Shown here in pieces: positions 1-11,038 of a stretch of DNA of 64,000 nt. The position numbers and the translations under genes are program-made. The first letter of the stretch is position 1, and every line of letters starts with the position of its first letter. The DNA is from Calcarisporiella thermophila CBS 279.70 (Eukaryota > Fungi > Calcarisporiellomycota): NCBI RefSeq assembly GCF_041956535.1, contig NW_027192195.1, positions 782,403 through 846,402 of the forward strand. Reading direction: 5' to 3'. Below the pieces are notes generated by a model, which was not told the origin of the DNA, made no database searches, and saw only the letters and a list, made by a program, of their open reading frames with translations.

Positions 1-737
1 GGCACAGTTGATTGTATTATATTCCATTAGCATTCAGCTGAATCGCTGCAATTATCATGAAATGTAGTGAGTGCTACTTACGGGCTAATTAACGTGAATC
101 GATGGCAAAATTGAGGAGCATTATGTTCCATTAGCATACAAGCTGCAAATATCACGGGATCTGGTTCTACTTACCGCCTATTTAGATTAAACAGATGATA
201 GAAATAACCCATTCGGATTTTCAGCATTCATCAAGACGAAAGTATATATAATATGGATCAACACTTACGTTCTTTTAGTGAAAATGAATTGCGTAGATTA
301 TAGGATCTAAATTAGCTATATAAAAGGAAAATTGACAAGATGCTATGAAACTTACCTTCTATTTTGGATCAGCAAATAATTGTGTTCCCATAGTTATTTT
401 TAAAATTAATTAAATAGTGTATATTTTTTTTTTAAACCGGAGTACTTGCCAACTATTTATTCAATTGCAAAGGAAATGAGGTATAGCAACCCATCAGTAT
501 TCATGTATACTTGGCTCATCTTCAATTTCGCGATTATACTTACGGACTAATTGTACGGATGAATTTTAAAGATGAAAGTATAATTGAGTCGTAGTGAAAT
601 GTTATGCAGTATTAGACTTCAAATCTACCTGATCCATGGATCTTTTGAACTTCAATATTGGGAATAATGCTAGCTGTAGCAAACTGCTGAGTTGCGAAAA
701 CAACCACGAGACTGACGGCTAATTTGACAATTTGCAT
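1..737 (-). CDS. Secreted protein gene with an array of 3-nt microexons (3' part lies beyond the window start)
   Basis: ATG at 737. Exon 1 (737-629) encodes MQIVKLAVSLVVVFATQQFATASIIPNIEVQKIHGS plus 1 nt, signal-peptide-like. It is followed by AG|NNN|GTAAGT units at 546-544 (TCC), 452-450 (TTG, GC donor), 358-356 (AAG), 271-269 (AAC), 177-175 (GCG) and 84-82 (CCC), which splice to VLEERAP. Unspliced read-through hits TAA six codons past the last complete exon-1 codon. Confidence 0.85.
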
Positions 738-855
738 TTTGGTTGAATAAACTCTCTAATAAGCTTGCGGTTAGTTCTTTTGCCAATGGTATATACTCGA
801 CTGACGACAACAATAATATGGAAATAGTGGTGTAGCGAGATGCTCCATCAAGAGC

Positions 856-863
856 TTTTTATA
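856..863 (-). promoter_or_regulatory. TATA box of the microexon gene
   Basis: TATAAAAA on the - strand about 120 bp upstream of the ATG at 737. Confidence 0.5.
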
Positions 864-3492
864 GTTATGTTGACCGACAGTTGGGCTGGGTGACCTGCTG
901 GCGAGTGCATGCTGGTAATAAATCTCAACCGGTTATCCATTTCCATTCGGGCGAGGGGTTGCTGGGTAATGTCGCCGCGAAGACGAGAGAAATGCTCAAA
1001 AATGCAATCTTGGATGCATATGGCATACACCACACCGTTTTTATCAATATTTTCTCAGCTTGGTATCCGAGATTGTTGCAGATATTGATTGATGGCAAAT
1101 CCCTGAATAGTACGGTATACCTTTATTTAAGCCCAATAATCGCTGCAGAACATTACATAATATTAATATTGATTGGGCCTTTGGTAATCATATTAGTGCT
1201 GCGATGAGAAATGAGAGCAGAGAAAGCTGCGTAGAGACGCAGACAAGGATGCAATCGGTACGATGCATACGGCAGTGACTTCAAGAGAACACGGAGTAAA
1301 TAAGTTGATTGAGCAGGAGCATCACAACAAAGCATCCTTTCCCCTCGGATTCTGCTCACTTCCGCTCATAAATATCATTGTTCGTATGCGCTCTCAAGCC
1401 CTCATGCCAACCGCAGGCTGCACACGATTTCTTACAGAAACGTGAAAACGTCTGATTGATAAGATCAATGTGTAGGATAAATAAAATTTTGAGTTGTATA
1501 AATATCAAAAAGTTTTCATAGCTAGTATATAGATGAAAAGACAAAATTTAACACAGGGAGGAATCCATGTGATAGCTAGGGTTATCCTGAGTGTATTAGA
1601 TATTAGTATAAATAAGCGTGGCCTTAATTATAGCACAATTTCATTTTCTCGGCATCTCTTCAGCGTTTTACAAATATTTTCTTTTAAGAATGATCCCTGC
1701 ACATACGTATTCACCTCTCTGAGTCTGCATGTTACGAAGCATTAGATAGCGGTTGAGGGGGACATGGCTATTAGTAGAGGTCACCATCACAAGCATTGTA
1801 TATAACTATGTATTGTTGAATACCCCTTAGTATAACGATTGGGCAAGCAGACAGTACAAACTAAATAGAACTAGAGAACCAATGAAATATACATGGGTTT
1901 AAATTGGAAAATATATTAGAGAATTCTAATTTATCTTCATTATTTAGATGTGGCATAGTGGCTTTGGGCACAATAAAGTATGGCCTAATTCACCATGAGA
2001 ACATACAGGGATTCTCTGAAGGATTGGCCACTTTACTTATACTTACACAAGTAGGGGAAAATGTGACAGTGTATTTTTAACAATTTTTCATTGAATGCTC
2101 TTAGCTCCTGAATGGATGGAATATTATATGAGCAGCTTTATTATTAAACACTGGTGGATCTACACTATTGCTGTTCCAACCGCCACCCCGGTTACATATG
2201 CATTTCTGGTAAAACTAGGATATCATTGAATAGCACCCCGAATTTATGGGAAATTGATGTTTTTATAAATATTGATGTGTGCCAAAGAGACCCAAATACT
2301 TTGATATCCTCTCCACGATTCCATCTAGATATTTTTTATTTGCGACGGTGTTGCTTTTATTTTTTAACAGCATCTTACACCTATGAAGCCAAATCGTAAA
2401 ACAATTCGAGATCGTGTGCTTGAACTTAACGGCAAGCTGTCATTATCTTTGCATTCTATTGAGTAAACAAAGAATCCCATCATGGGAATAGAAAAAGAAT
2501 TGAATAATACTGCAATTACTCTTTATAAGCAAGAGAAGATGTAGTAACCTTTAAAACCAACCTACCATATTTTTTTTATGTGGAGCTTTTGACAAGAAAC
2601 GGGCCCCACCTTGGGAATCAAATGGAAAGAAAGATAAATTTAAAAACAGATATATAATTTGGTCTAAAATTTTGATGATGATGAGAAGCTAAGAAATGCA
2701 ATAAAGTATTATTATCTCTCTAGATATTGAGTTTTTAAAAGATTTATTAACAGCTGCTGATGCTTCTGAACCTCTGGTTCTCTAATTAGAGAATTTCACA
2801 AACTAAGATAGAGCGGCCCCCTTTTAAACTCATGATAGCATTTCACGATAGAGTGAAGAATCCCTCGCCGTCACCTACTGTTCTGGCGACTTTATTACGT
2901 AGAGCATAGATTGGAGACTACCACGGAGAGCCGGGATTTAATGAGGTCATATATGTATACAAATCGAGATATGGAAAGCGTCCATGACCAGAGGAGCGCC
3001 GAATTCGGCTCGGAAATTTCTAGTTATCCCTCTTTTGTCCTGACGCTATGAGGCCCCGCCTTCTCCTGACTGAACCACCCGGGTTCTCCCGCGGCGAGGA
3101 AGAAGGTAGAGCGACAACCCATGCGCTTTTCAACTCCCTTCCGCTCATATAAAGTTTGAAGAGAGGTGGGGGAGTTTGGTAGAAGAGGAGGAGGGGAATG
3201 AAAAGCCAACCGTCAATGCACAAACCAATTAGTCAGTGTAACTGACTTAATTTTCCGAGTGTAGCTGTGGAAGGCGAGTGGTGGCTCGGTCCGAAGCCTA
3301 AATATCATGTCGCCAACCACGAAATTCTTGATTTGTCGTACACCCCTTTACCTCCATTTCTTTTTTTAATGTGGGAACTTTTGTTTTGATTTTCCCGCTC
3401 TCCCTCCACTCTCTCCCCTGTACATACCCGCTACCCTCTCTCCCTAGCCCTTCGATCTTTTTGCTTCTCAACTGTAAATAGAAACGAAGAGG

Positions 3493-5013
3493 ATGTTGGC
3501 CGCTGCAGATATCCCATCTCCACCCCTCTCCACACCCAAGACATTGGCATCATCCGCATACAGGCAAACCAAACTCGAGGAATTCCTCTCCGCCGTCGAG
3601 CACGAGTTCACTCTAAGTGCAGAGAAGCTCCATAGGATCGTGGACGGCTTTCTCGACGAACTCGAGGTCGGCCTCCGACAACCGGGGATCACGCGGAACC
3701 CCTCTTTTATCACGAACCGCCCCGATGGGAGCGAAACCGGAATCTACCTCGCAATCGATGTGGGCGGCACAAACATGAGGGTTGCAGCAGTGCAGCTGCT
3801 GGGCGAAGGAAAGGTGAACGTGTTACAGCACAAGCATGTCGTTTCCGAGGAGCTCAAGCGCGGGAAGGCAGAGGCGTTCATCGGCTGGATTGCCGATAAT
3901 ACGGCGAGTCTGGTCACCGAGATGGGCGAGGCGCAGGAGACCCTGTTCATGGGAGTCGTCTGGAGCTTTCCATTAAAGTAAGTGGCGCCGCTGTATACCC
4001 CTTGTTCTAGGAGAAGTGCTGACGCATCTCCTTATTGTGTGTGTGTTAATTCCAGCCAAACGGATATCAATAAAGGCATTATCGAGAGCATGGGCAAGGG
4101 CTTCACGGTGGTGGAGGATCTCAAGGGGAAGGACCTCAGCACCATTCTGCAGACGGCCTTTGAGGATCGGGGGCTGCCCATCAAAGTGTCCGCCATCCTG
4201 AATGACACGGTGGGCACGCTTGTCGCGCACGCCTATCAATGCCCGCTGACCACGATGGGCATCATCTTCCCCACGGGAACCAATGCAGCCTACATGGAGA
4301 AGGTCTCCAACATCGTCAAGCTCCCCTCCAGCTACAAGGTCACAGACCCCTCTTCAGACCGCATGATCCTCAACACGGAGTGGGACGTGTACGGCCGCCC
4401 CGACTATCTCCCCATGACGCGGTACGACTTGGAGCTGGACACAGCTTCGCCCATTCCCGGATTCCAGGTCTATGAGAAGATGAGCTCCGGAATGTACCTC
4501 GGAGAGCTCTGCCGGCGCATCCTGGTAGACGCGGTGCAAGTCGGGAGGTGGCTCAATGGCCACCTCCCCGCCGGCTTGGATGAGCCTTTTCGGTTCAAGA
4601 CGGCGTTCATGAGCGAGATCGAAGCGGACCAGAGCGAAGATTTAGCCCTGACTCGTAGGCTGCTGGAAGAAAACTTCCAGTTTGGAGCGCTCCTCTCCTT
4701 GGAAGATGCGCACCTGGTGCGATGGGTATGCCAGCTAGTAGGGAATCGTTCGGCCTCGCTGTTGGCTGCCGCCATTGGCTCGCTCGTGCGCAAATCTGAA
4801 GGAGGAGGGTTCGCGCCAAAAGGCGAGCCCATCGTCATTGGAATGACGGGCTCGGTGTGGGAATTTTATCCGAACTTTGAAGAAAGGATGCGCTACCACC
4901 TGGCAAAACTATTTGGCCAGGAGGCATGCGCGCGCGTCGAGGTCGGGATTTCACTCGATGGAGGTTTGGTCGGAGCTGCGCTGGCAGCCATGTTGGGCTC
5001 GAGAACGTTATGA
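3493..5013 (+). CDS. Hexokinase-family sugar kinase, atypical (GlcNAc-kinase/HxkC-like clade); 2 exons (3493-3977, 4056-5013)
   Basis: Motifs YLAIDVGGTNMRV, WSFP, MGKGF, NDTVGT, TGTNAAY, NTEW and EKMSSGMYLGE. A GTAAGT...CAG intron (3978-4055) joins the two ORFs in frame. Confidence 0.93.
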
Positions 5014-6228
5014 TACAGTGATCCGCTGTTTTATTCTTTCACTTTTGTAAGTCGCTCTCTATGGGCGAATGCGCTTGCCACTATATTATGTTTGTACTTG
5101 TATATTTTCCAAATTTTACTCTCTCTCCTACATATTTGCTCGTGTTTGATACTTAGAATGAAATACACACTCCATATTAATACCGCAAAGGCGAAGCCCA
5201 ACCACGCCTCCTACATTGAGGCTACAAGGGAATATGAAAGGGGCACTGGGTTCGTCTCTCTGGTCTGGCCCCTCTGCAAGAGATATTCCGACTGATTGCG
5301 TTAGTGTGCTAATGATCAACACCATTGAGCAACAAATGGTGGGGATCCAATTTCCTGTACCGGATCCACCTTTTTCACGAGGGAAGCGTGGATGCAAAAA
5401 GGAAGGGGCTGTGAGAGCAACTTCCAAACTTCATCCGTGCTCCCAACGTTGCTCAAAACGCCTTGCAGTGGCACCATTTGCAAAATCCAGGTAGGGGCTG
5501 TGAGCGGGCCCGTTTTCGGCATGCGGCTCTACCATAAACGCTCCGCGGCAGCCCTCGCACCAACCTACCCCGCGCTCTCCTCCCGGTCTGCGGCCCGTTG
5601 CACGCCCCGCAATTCTCAGATGCTTGCGGGGGGAACGCACGCACGCTTGTTGTCAAAACGCCGCGGGATGTCAACCTAAACGCCCTGGGCCTCGGGCCCT
5701 CTTCCCAAACCGCCCTAACCCAAAACCCTCCGCTCTTGTTGGGCCAACCTTCTTCTGGCCTATGGAGGCCTCGCAACCTCCTTACGTGAAGGTGGGCAAC
5801 GAAAAATGACCATGTAACACCTGAGCCAAATAGAGTTAAGGCAATTTGAGTCAAATCCCACGCGAACTCGAACTCTATTACTAGTGAATAGGAGCCGGAT
5901 CGGAATCGGATTGCATCTGCTTCGCGGTGCAGCTGCACGTCCGCCCTCTCGAACGCCTCATCCTGACGTGGCCGAGGACGCTTGGAGGGCGTGGCATCCG
6001 CTCCGCTCTTGTCGAGGCAAGGCAGGCATGAGCCATGGTCGGAGAGCGTATTGCTGAAGCATGCTTGGCACGCGAGAGTTGTCAGATTTTCGTGAAATGT
6101 CCTTGCTCGTCATCTTGTGGATGCGTGGCTGACTGAGCTACCAGGGCTTTCCCCTATTACGTGTTCACGCTGCTTGTGGATCCTCACGTAGGATCACACT
6201 CGCAGTGCAGTTCCGTTCCACCCTGCCT

Positions 6229-6235
6229 TATATAG
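6229..6235 (+). promoter_or_regulatory. Possible TATA box upstream of the UNC-93-like transporter
   Basis: TATATAG in a GC-rich context about 600 bp before the start codon. Confidence 0.3.
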
Positions 6236-6824
6236 AAGCAGCGTCCAAGCGCTTGGCCGGAGCCAGATCCCGCCGTCCGCAGCGATAACCTTCGCTCATC
6301 GTTCAGCAAACCTTGATAAAAAGAAGGGAGGGGGAAGCGTTTAGGCCAGCGTAGTCTTGGCCGTCGTCCTTATCTCCACCGCAAAACCCTAATCTCGAGA
6401 TTGGCTAGGGAATAGAGTTGCGACCACAGGAAACAGAAGATCCTCTGCCCTTTCAACTCCAGCTTCTAGGAGCGGGCCGAATTTATTCCTGTGTGACCAC
6501 ACGGCCGGGCAGCCCAACGCCTCGTTCTGAGTAGAAATAATTCCCGAAATGTTTGCCTTCTGTATTTTGTCGTCTTTTTTTTCTCCCTCGCTCCTCATTC
6601 CGTTCCCTCTTTCTATCCTTTCCCTCTCTCCCTTCTCCCCCGGTGCTCACCGCTTTGCCGCCTTGGCCTTGGCTATTGTGCAGCTCAACTCCATCAATAC
6701 TAAGCCGTATAACAAGCGCCGCTCACCTCCCGATATCCTATTCATATCGCCCGCATTTTGCTCGGGATAGCTTGTCTTTCGAGTAGAATCCTTCGCTTTC
6801 TTCGAGAAGGCCCGCCTATCTTCA

Positions 6825-8966
6825 ATGTAAGTGGGGGAATGTGTTTCCGCGTGTCAGCGACACAGAATAGCTTATCCTCCAAGGGGAACATGTAGGACGT
6901 TCTGGGAGAGAATTGACGACAAACTGGCCAACTTGGCCATATACCGCTGGTACAGGCAACCCTTGGTCCAGGTGGCCATGATAGGGTTCATTTGTGTAAG
7001 ATGATGCATCCTTTCAAGGCTGCGGTTTGGCTCTGGGCTAACGACTGGTTTTCCTGTCTCTAGGTGTGCTGTCCCGGGATGTTCAATGCTATCAATGGTA
7101 ACCCATGCTTGCAGAGATAAAAGGGGGCCGTGGCTAAACCTCTTCGCTCTGCATAGGTATTGGAGGAGGGGGTTCCAGCGACGAGTATATATCCGTGGTA
7201 GCGCGAGCTAACGCCGGCCTCTATGCCTTCTTTGCCATTTCTGGTTATTTTTCGGGCGGTATCAACAACATCCTTGGCCCCAAAACCACCATTTTCGTAA
7301 GTGAACCGAGAGCTGTTTTAGCCACCTTAACAAGGAGCTGACCTGTTCTTCCACGGCTTGGATAGTTGAGTGGATGGGGATATGTACTGTACGTCGGTGC
7401 GCTCCTCTACTTCCAGATTTACAAGGCGCCTGCCTTTATGATCATCGCTGGATGCATTCTGGGTATAGTTCACCTACTTAAGCTACCCTCCTTTGTCTAA
7501 CCCTCTTTTTATGGGTTCGCTAGGCATTTGCGCTGCCCTATTATGGTCTGCACAAGGAGCCCTAATGATGAGCTATCCGACGGAACAAACCAAGGGTCGG
7601 TACATTTCCGTGTTCTGGGCGATCTTCAATGCGGGAGCCGCCGCCTCCAGCGCGGTGGTGCTCGGGTTGAACGCCTCGCAGAACAAATCCGGTACCGTGA
7701 GCATCTCCACCTATGTGGCCATTCTGATAGCAATGTCGCTTGGCCTCCTCGTCACCGCTCTCCTCGTGTCCCCCAACTATGTTCGCCGTAAGGACGGGAG
7801 CCGAGTGGTGGTGCTAAAATACCCTCCCGTCCGACAGGAGCTGATTGCTACCGCCCGCCTCATCTTCGATAAGAAAATCATCCTTTTGATCCCGCTCTGC
7901 TTCTATAGCAATTTCTTCTACGCCTACCAGTTTAGAGCCAACGGTAAGCAATATTTGCCCTCTCCTCTTGAATCTTTGCCCGCTAAAAGGGCTCCCTCCA
8001 CTCCCCCCCCATATAGGAGCCTATTTTAGCGTTCGGGCCAGAGGCCTCAACAATCTTGTCTATTGGCTGGCCCAAATTCTCGGCGCACTTCTCTTTGGAT
8101 TGTTCCTGGACTCTGGGCGCTATGTCCGACGAACACGTGCGTATTTCGGCCTCGCCATCGTGCTGGTCCTGTTCTCCGCGACTTGGGCCGCAGGGCTGTT
8201 TATCTGGCAGCTTACCTTCACCAAAGATCAGCCCAGCCCAAATGTCGACTGGACCGATCCTCGGTTTATCGCGCCGTGTATCGTGTACATATTCTATGGG
8301 CTATGCGACGCTATGGTATTGCATCTGGCTATAGACTCTCCCTCCCCTATTCAATCTAATCCTTCATTTTGCAATGGTTCATAGTATCAAGTCTACTGCT
8401 ACTGGTTAATGGGTGCGATCACAAACGATCCGCTTAAGCTTTCTCGCTATGCTGGTGAGGATCCCGAACTATGAAGGCCGCATTCCTCTTTCTTCCCACT
8501 AAATCATGATTTTTTTATGTCCCTTTTGTTAGGTTTCTATAAGGGGGTGCAGTCTGCTGGTTCAGCCGTTTCTTGGTACCTGGATAGCGTCGATAGCTTC
8601 CCTTTCCTTGCTGAAATCCTCCTTAATTGGGGGCTGCTGCTCTTCTCGGTCCCATTCGCCTTCCTCATTGCCCGCCAAATCCGCGACACCAACTACACCC
8701 TGGATGATATTGCCGTTGCTAGCTCCAAACCCAGCCCCTCTGACTTTAACCAGAAGTTAGAGCAGCATACCATGCACATTCGCAAGCCACATACCCATAT
8801 CGACGAGGGCTCACACCCCAGAACCCTCAGCTCCAACATCAACACTAGTCCTTATAACCAGTTCGAGGATCTGCCATACGATGGGAGGCAGCCTTATGGC
8901 GCCGCTAAGCAATACCCATTCCATCCGAATAGCCATAGAGGCAACGCCTACGGAGATAATTGGTGA
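6825..8966 (+). CDS. UNC-93-like (DUF895) MFS transporter, multi-exon
   Basis: Spliced product MTFWERIDDKLANLAIYRWYRQPLVQVAMIGFIC-VCCPGMFNAINGIGGGG...AALLWSAQGALMMSYPTEQTKGRYISVFWAIFNAG...GFYKGVQSAGSAVSW, with many TM segments. The start codon is split AT|G by intron 6827-6895. Stop TGA at 8964-8966. Confidence 0.9.
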
Positions 8967-9460
8967 AGAGAAAGTTAACTTTAGACCCTACGTGCATCAA
9001 AGAAGTAGAGCAATGTCTGGTTTCAAGGTTTATGAGTTAGGTATCCTCCTTCGGATCTGTATTATCACTGTTACTTCTACACTTCCTCTCGTTTGATACT
9101 CCACTTATTTATTTATATTACACATATACTTTTATTTAATACCTCCCAGCGTGCTTGAGAGTAAAGAAAAAAAATCCGTTTTCTTTTCTCTTCCTCCTAC
9201 AAACGGCTTCTGTATCTATTTTTCAACGTTTACAAATAAACTATTTATTGACTTGGATGCTAGGTGCGAACATGCGCTATGAACCTCTTTCATATTGTGC
9301 TCAACTGCTTTCCACCCACCTGTCCTCCTCCCCCCTAGCGCACGCCGCAATTCTGACGTAGTTGTGACGTTTGAATTTTTATTTTAGCATTTGTGTCACT
9401 CAACCGTATTGTTTACTCAATAACTCGAAAAGCAACCTTCGATCCTCCTCCACACTTGCC

Positions 9461-10693
9461 ATGCTCCGTAATCATTCCATCACACGATTGCTCCGCGAGG
9501 TCCAATCCACACGGCGGTTGTCATGCCATCGATGTGATCCCCAACGTGCATCTATACGATTCATCAGAACCTTTCGCCCCCTTAGAATAGACGGCAAAGC
9601 AGCCAGAGCCATCTCAAGTAGCTCGCAGAAAAACAGTACTATCGCTGCTACTGTATCGACCCTCGATCCCGCAAGTTCCAAGGATTCCACTTCCACCCCC
9701 TCCACTTCCAATCAGCCATTTTCACATCATCCGCCCTGCGACTATGCTCCGGCGGACACTCGATGGAAAGCAGTCGATACCCTTCAGCTCTCCGCCCTCC
9801 CCGGCATTTATAAGGAATTAACCAAAGCGCAGCTTGCCGGCTTGGTCGTCCTCACCACCATGTGCGGCTACGCCATGGCTCCGGGGGCCACCTCGCTCTC
9901 CTGTCTCTTATGGACGACGCTTGGGACAGGCATGTGCGTCGCTTCGGCCAATTCCATTAATCAGTGGATCGAGGCCCCTTATGATGCGCAAATGAAACGC
10001 ACACGGAATCGCGTTTTGGTGCGGCGAGCAATCCAGCCCGCGCATGCGTTCGCATTCGGAAGCGCGGCAGGCATTGCTGGTGTAACCATGCTAGCTTCGT
10101 GTGTGAACGGCGTGACCGCCGTCCTCGGCCTCGCCAATATTCTTTTATACACCTCGGTCTACACGCCGCTCAAACGAGTCAGCATCGCAAACACATGGGC
10201 GGGCGCGGTGGTGGGAGCCATTCCTCCCATGATGGGGTGGGCGGCATGTACGGGTGGGCTTGAGCCGGGCGCCTGGGTCCTGGGCGTGATGCTCTATGCG
10301 TGGCAATTCCCTCACTTCAACTCCCTTTCGTGGAACCTACGGAGTGACTACTCGAAGGCGGGATACCGAATGATGTCCGTAACCCATCCCGGCCTGAACG
10401 CACGCACTAGCCTCCGTTATTCCCTTTTGCTTGTGCCGCTCAGTTTGTCGGCGCCTCTTCTCGGGATGACCACACCGTTGTTCGCAGTAGACTCCACCGT
10501 GGTTAATGGTGCGCTCACATTTTTGGCGTATCGCTTCTGGCGCGACTCGAACGACAAAAATGCACGGCAGCTCTTCTTTGGCAGCTTGCTGCATTTACCC
10601 GCCCTGCTTGCCTTGATGATGATTCACAAGAAGCCCGCCGAGTCCAGATTGGAGGAGGAGTTTGAGGAGGAGGAGCATGAAGATCTGTTGTGA
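9461..10693 (+). CDS. COX10: Protoheme IX farnesyltransferase (heme O synthase), mitochondrial
   Basis: Arg-rich presequence. UbiA motifs NSINQWIEAPYDAQMKRTRNR, YTPLKR, GAVVGAIPPMMGW and WQFPHFNSL. Intronless. Confidence 0.96.
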   Translation: MLRNHSITRLLREVQSTRRLSCHRCDPQRASIRFIRTFRPLRIDGKAARAISSSSQKNSTIAATVSTLDPASSKDSTSTPSTSNQPFSHHPPCDYAPADTRWKAVDTLQLSALPGIYKELTKAQLAGLVVLTTMCGYAMAPGATSLSCLLWTTLGTGMCVASANSINQWIEAPYDAQMKRTRNRVLVRRAIQPAHAFAFGSAAGIAGVTMLASCVNGVTAVLGLANILLYTSVYTPLKRVSIANTWAGAVVGAIPPMMGWAACTGGLEPGAWVLGVMLYAWQFPHFNSLSWNLRSDYSKAGYRMMSVTHPGLNARTSLRYSLLLVPLSLSAPLLGMTTPLFAVDSTVVNGALTFLAYRFWRDSNDKNARQLFFGSLLHLPALLALMMIHKKPAESRLEEEFEEEEHEDLL

Positions 10694-11038
10694 TGACTGG
10701 ATATAGTCTGGTTCTTGTGGCCGGAAGAGTGGTGCTATTTATTTTGTAAAAGTTTTCTTTCTTTTCTTTAATCGTCTTTTTTTTTTTGTCTCTTTTATTT
10801 CTAAGTAATTTTGGCAGTGCTCTTGCTGATTTTTCGTCTGTATAAATATTTTGCTTTTAATTCCTTTGTTTTTTTTTCTTCCTCGATATCAAAAAGGGGG
10901 ATACTGAAGTTTGTCGTAGCATTAAAGGAAAGAGAAAAGCACATGTAATGATAAAGATAACATTATTACTAATATACAAAATTCAGCCCTTCTTGTCGTG
11001 AGAAGAGCACCACACAATCTACTCCATCTTCTCCTCCC

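Noticed and set aside
1-628. The roughly 90-bp periodicity considered as a CRISPR-like or satellite array
   Set aside because: The recurring elements are spliceosomal donor, acceptor and branch signals in a eukaryotic gene, not identical repeats with spacers.
848-3223. Short ORFs between the microexon gene and the hexokinase
   Set aside because: No recognisable motifs or consistent splice structure. The region is best read as divergent promoter DNA.
5092-5938. Cluster of 60-160 aa ORFs on both strands
   Set aside because: GC-rich intergenic sequence with no family resemblance.
9371-9460. Upstream extension of the COX10 ORF in the ORF track
   Set aside because: It starts at a non-ATG codon. 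The ATG at 9461 gives a proper mitochondrial presequence.
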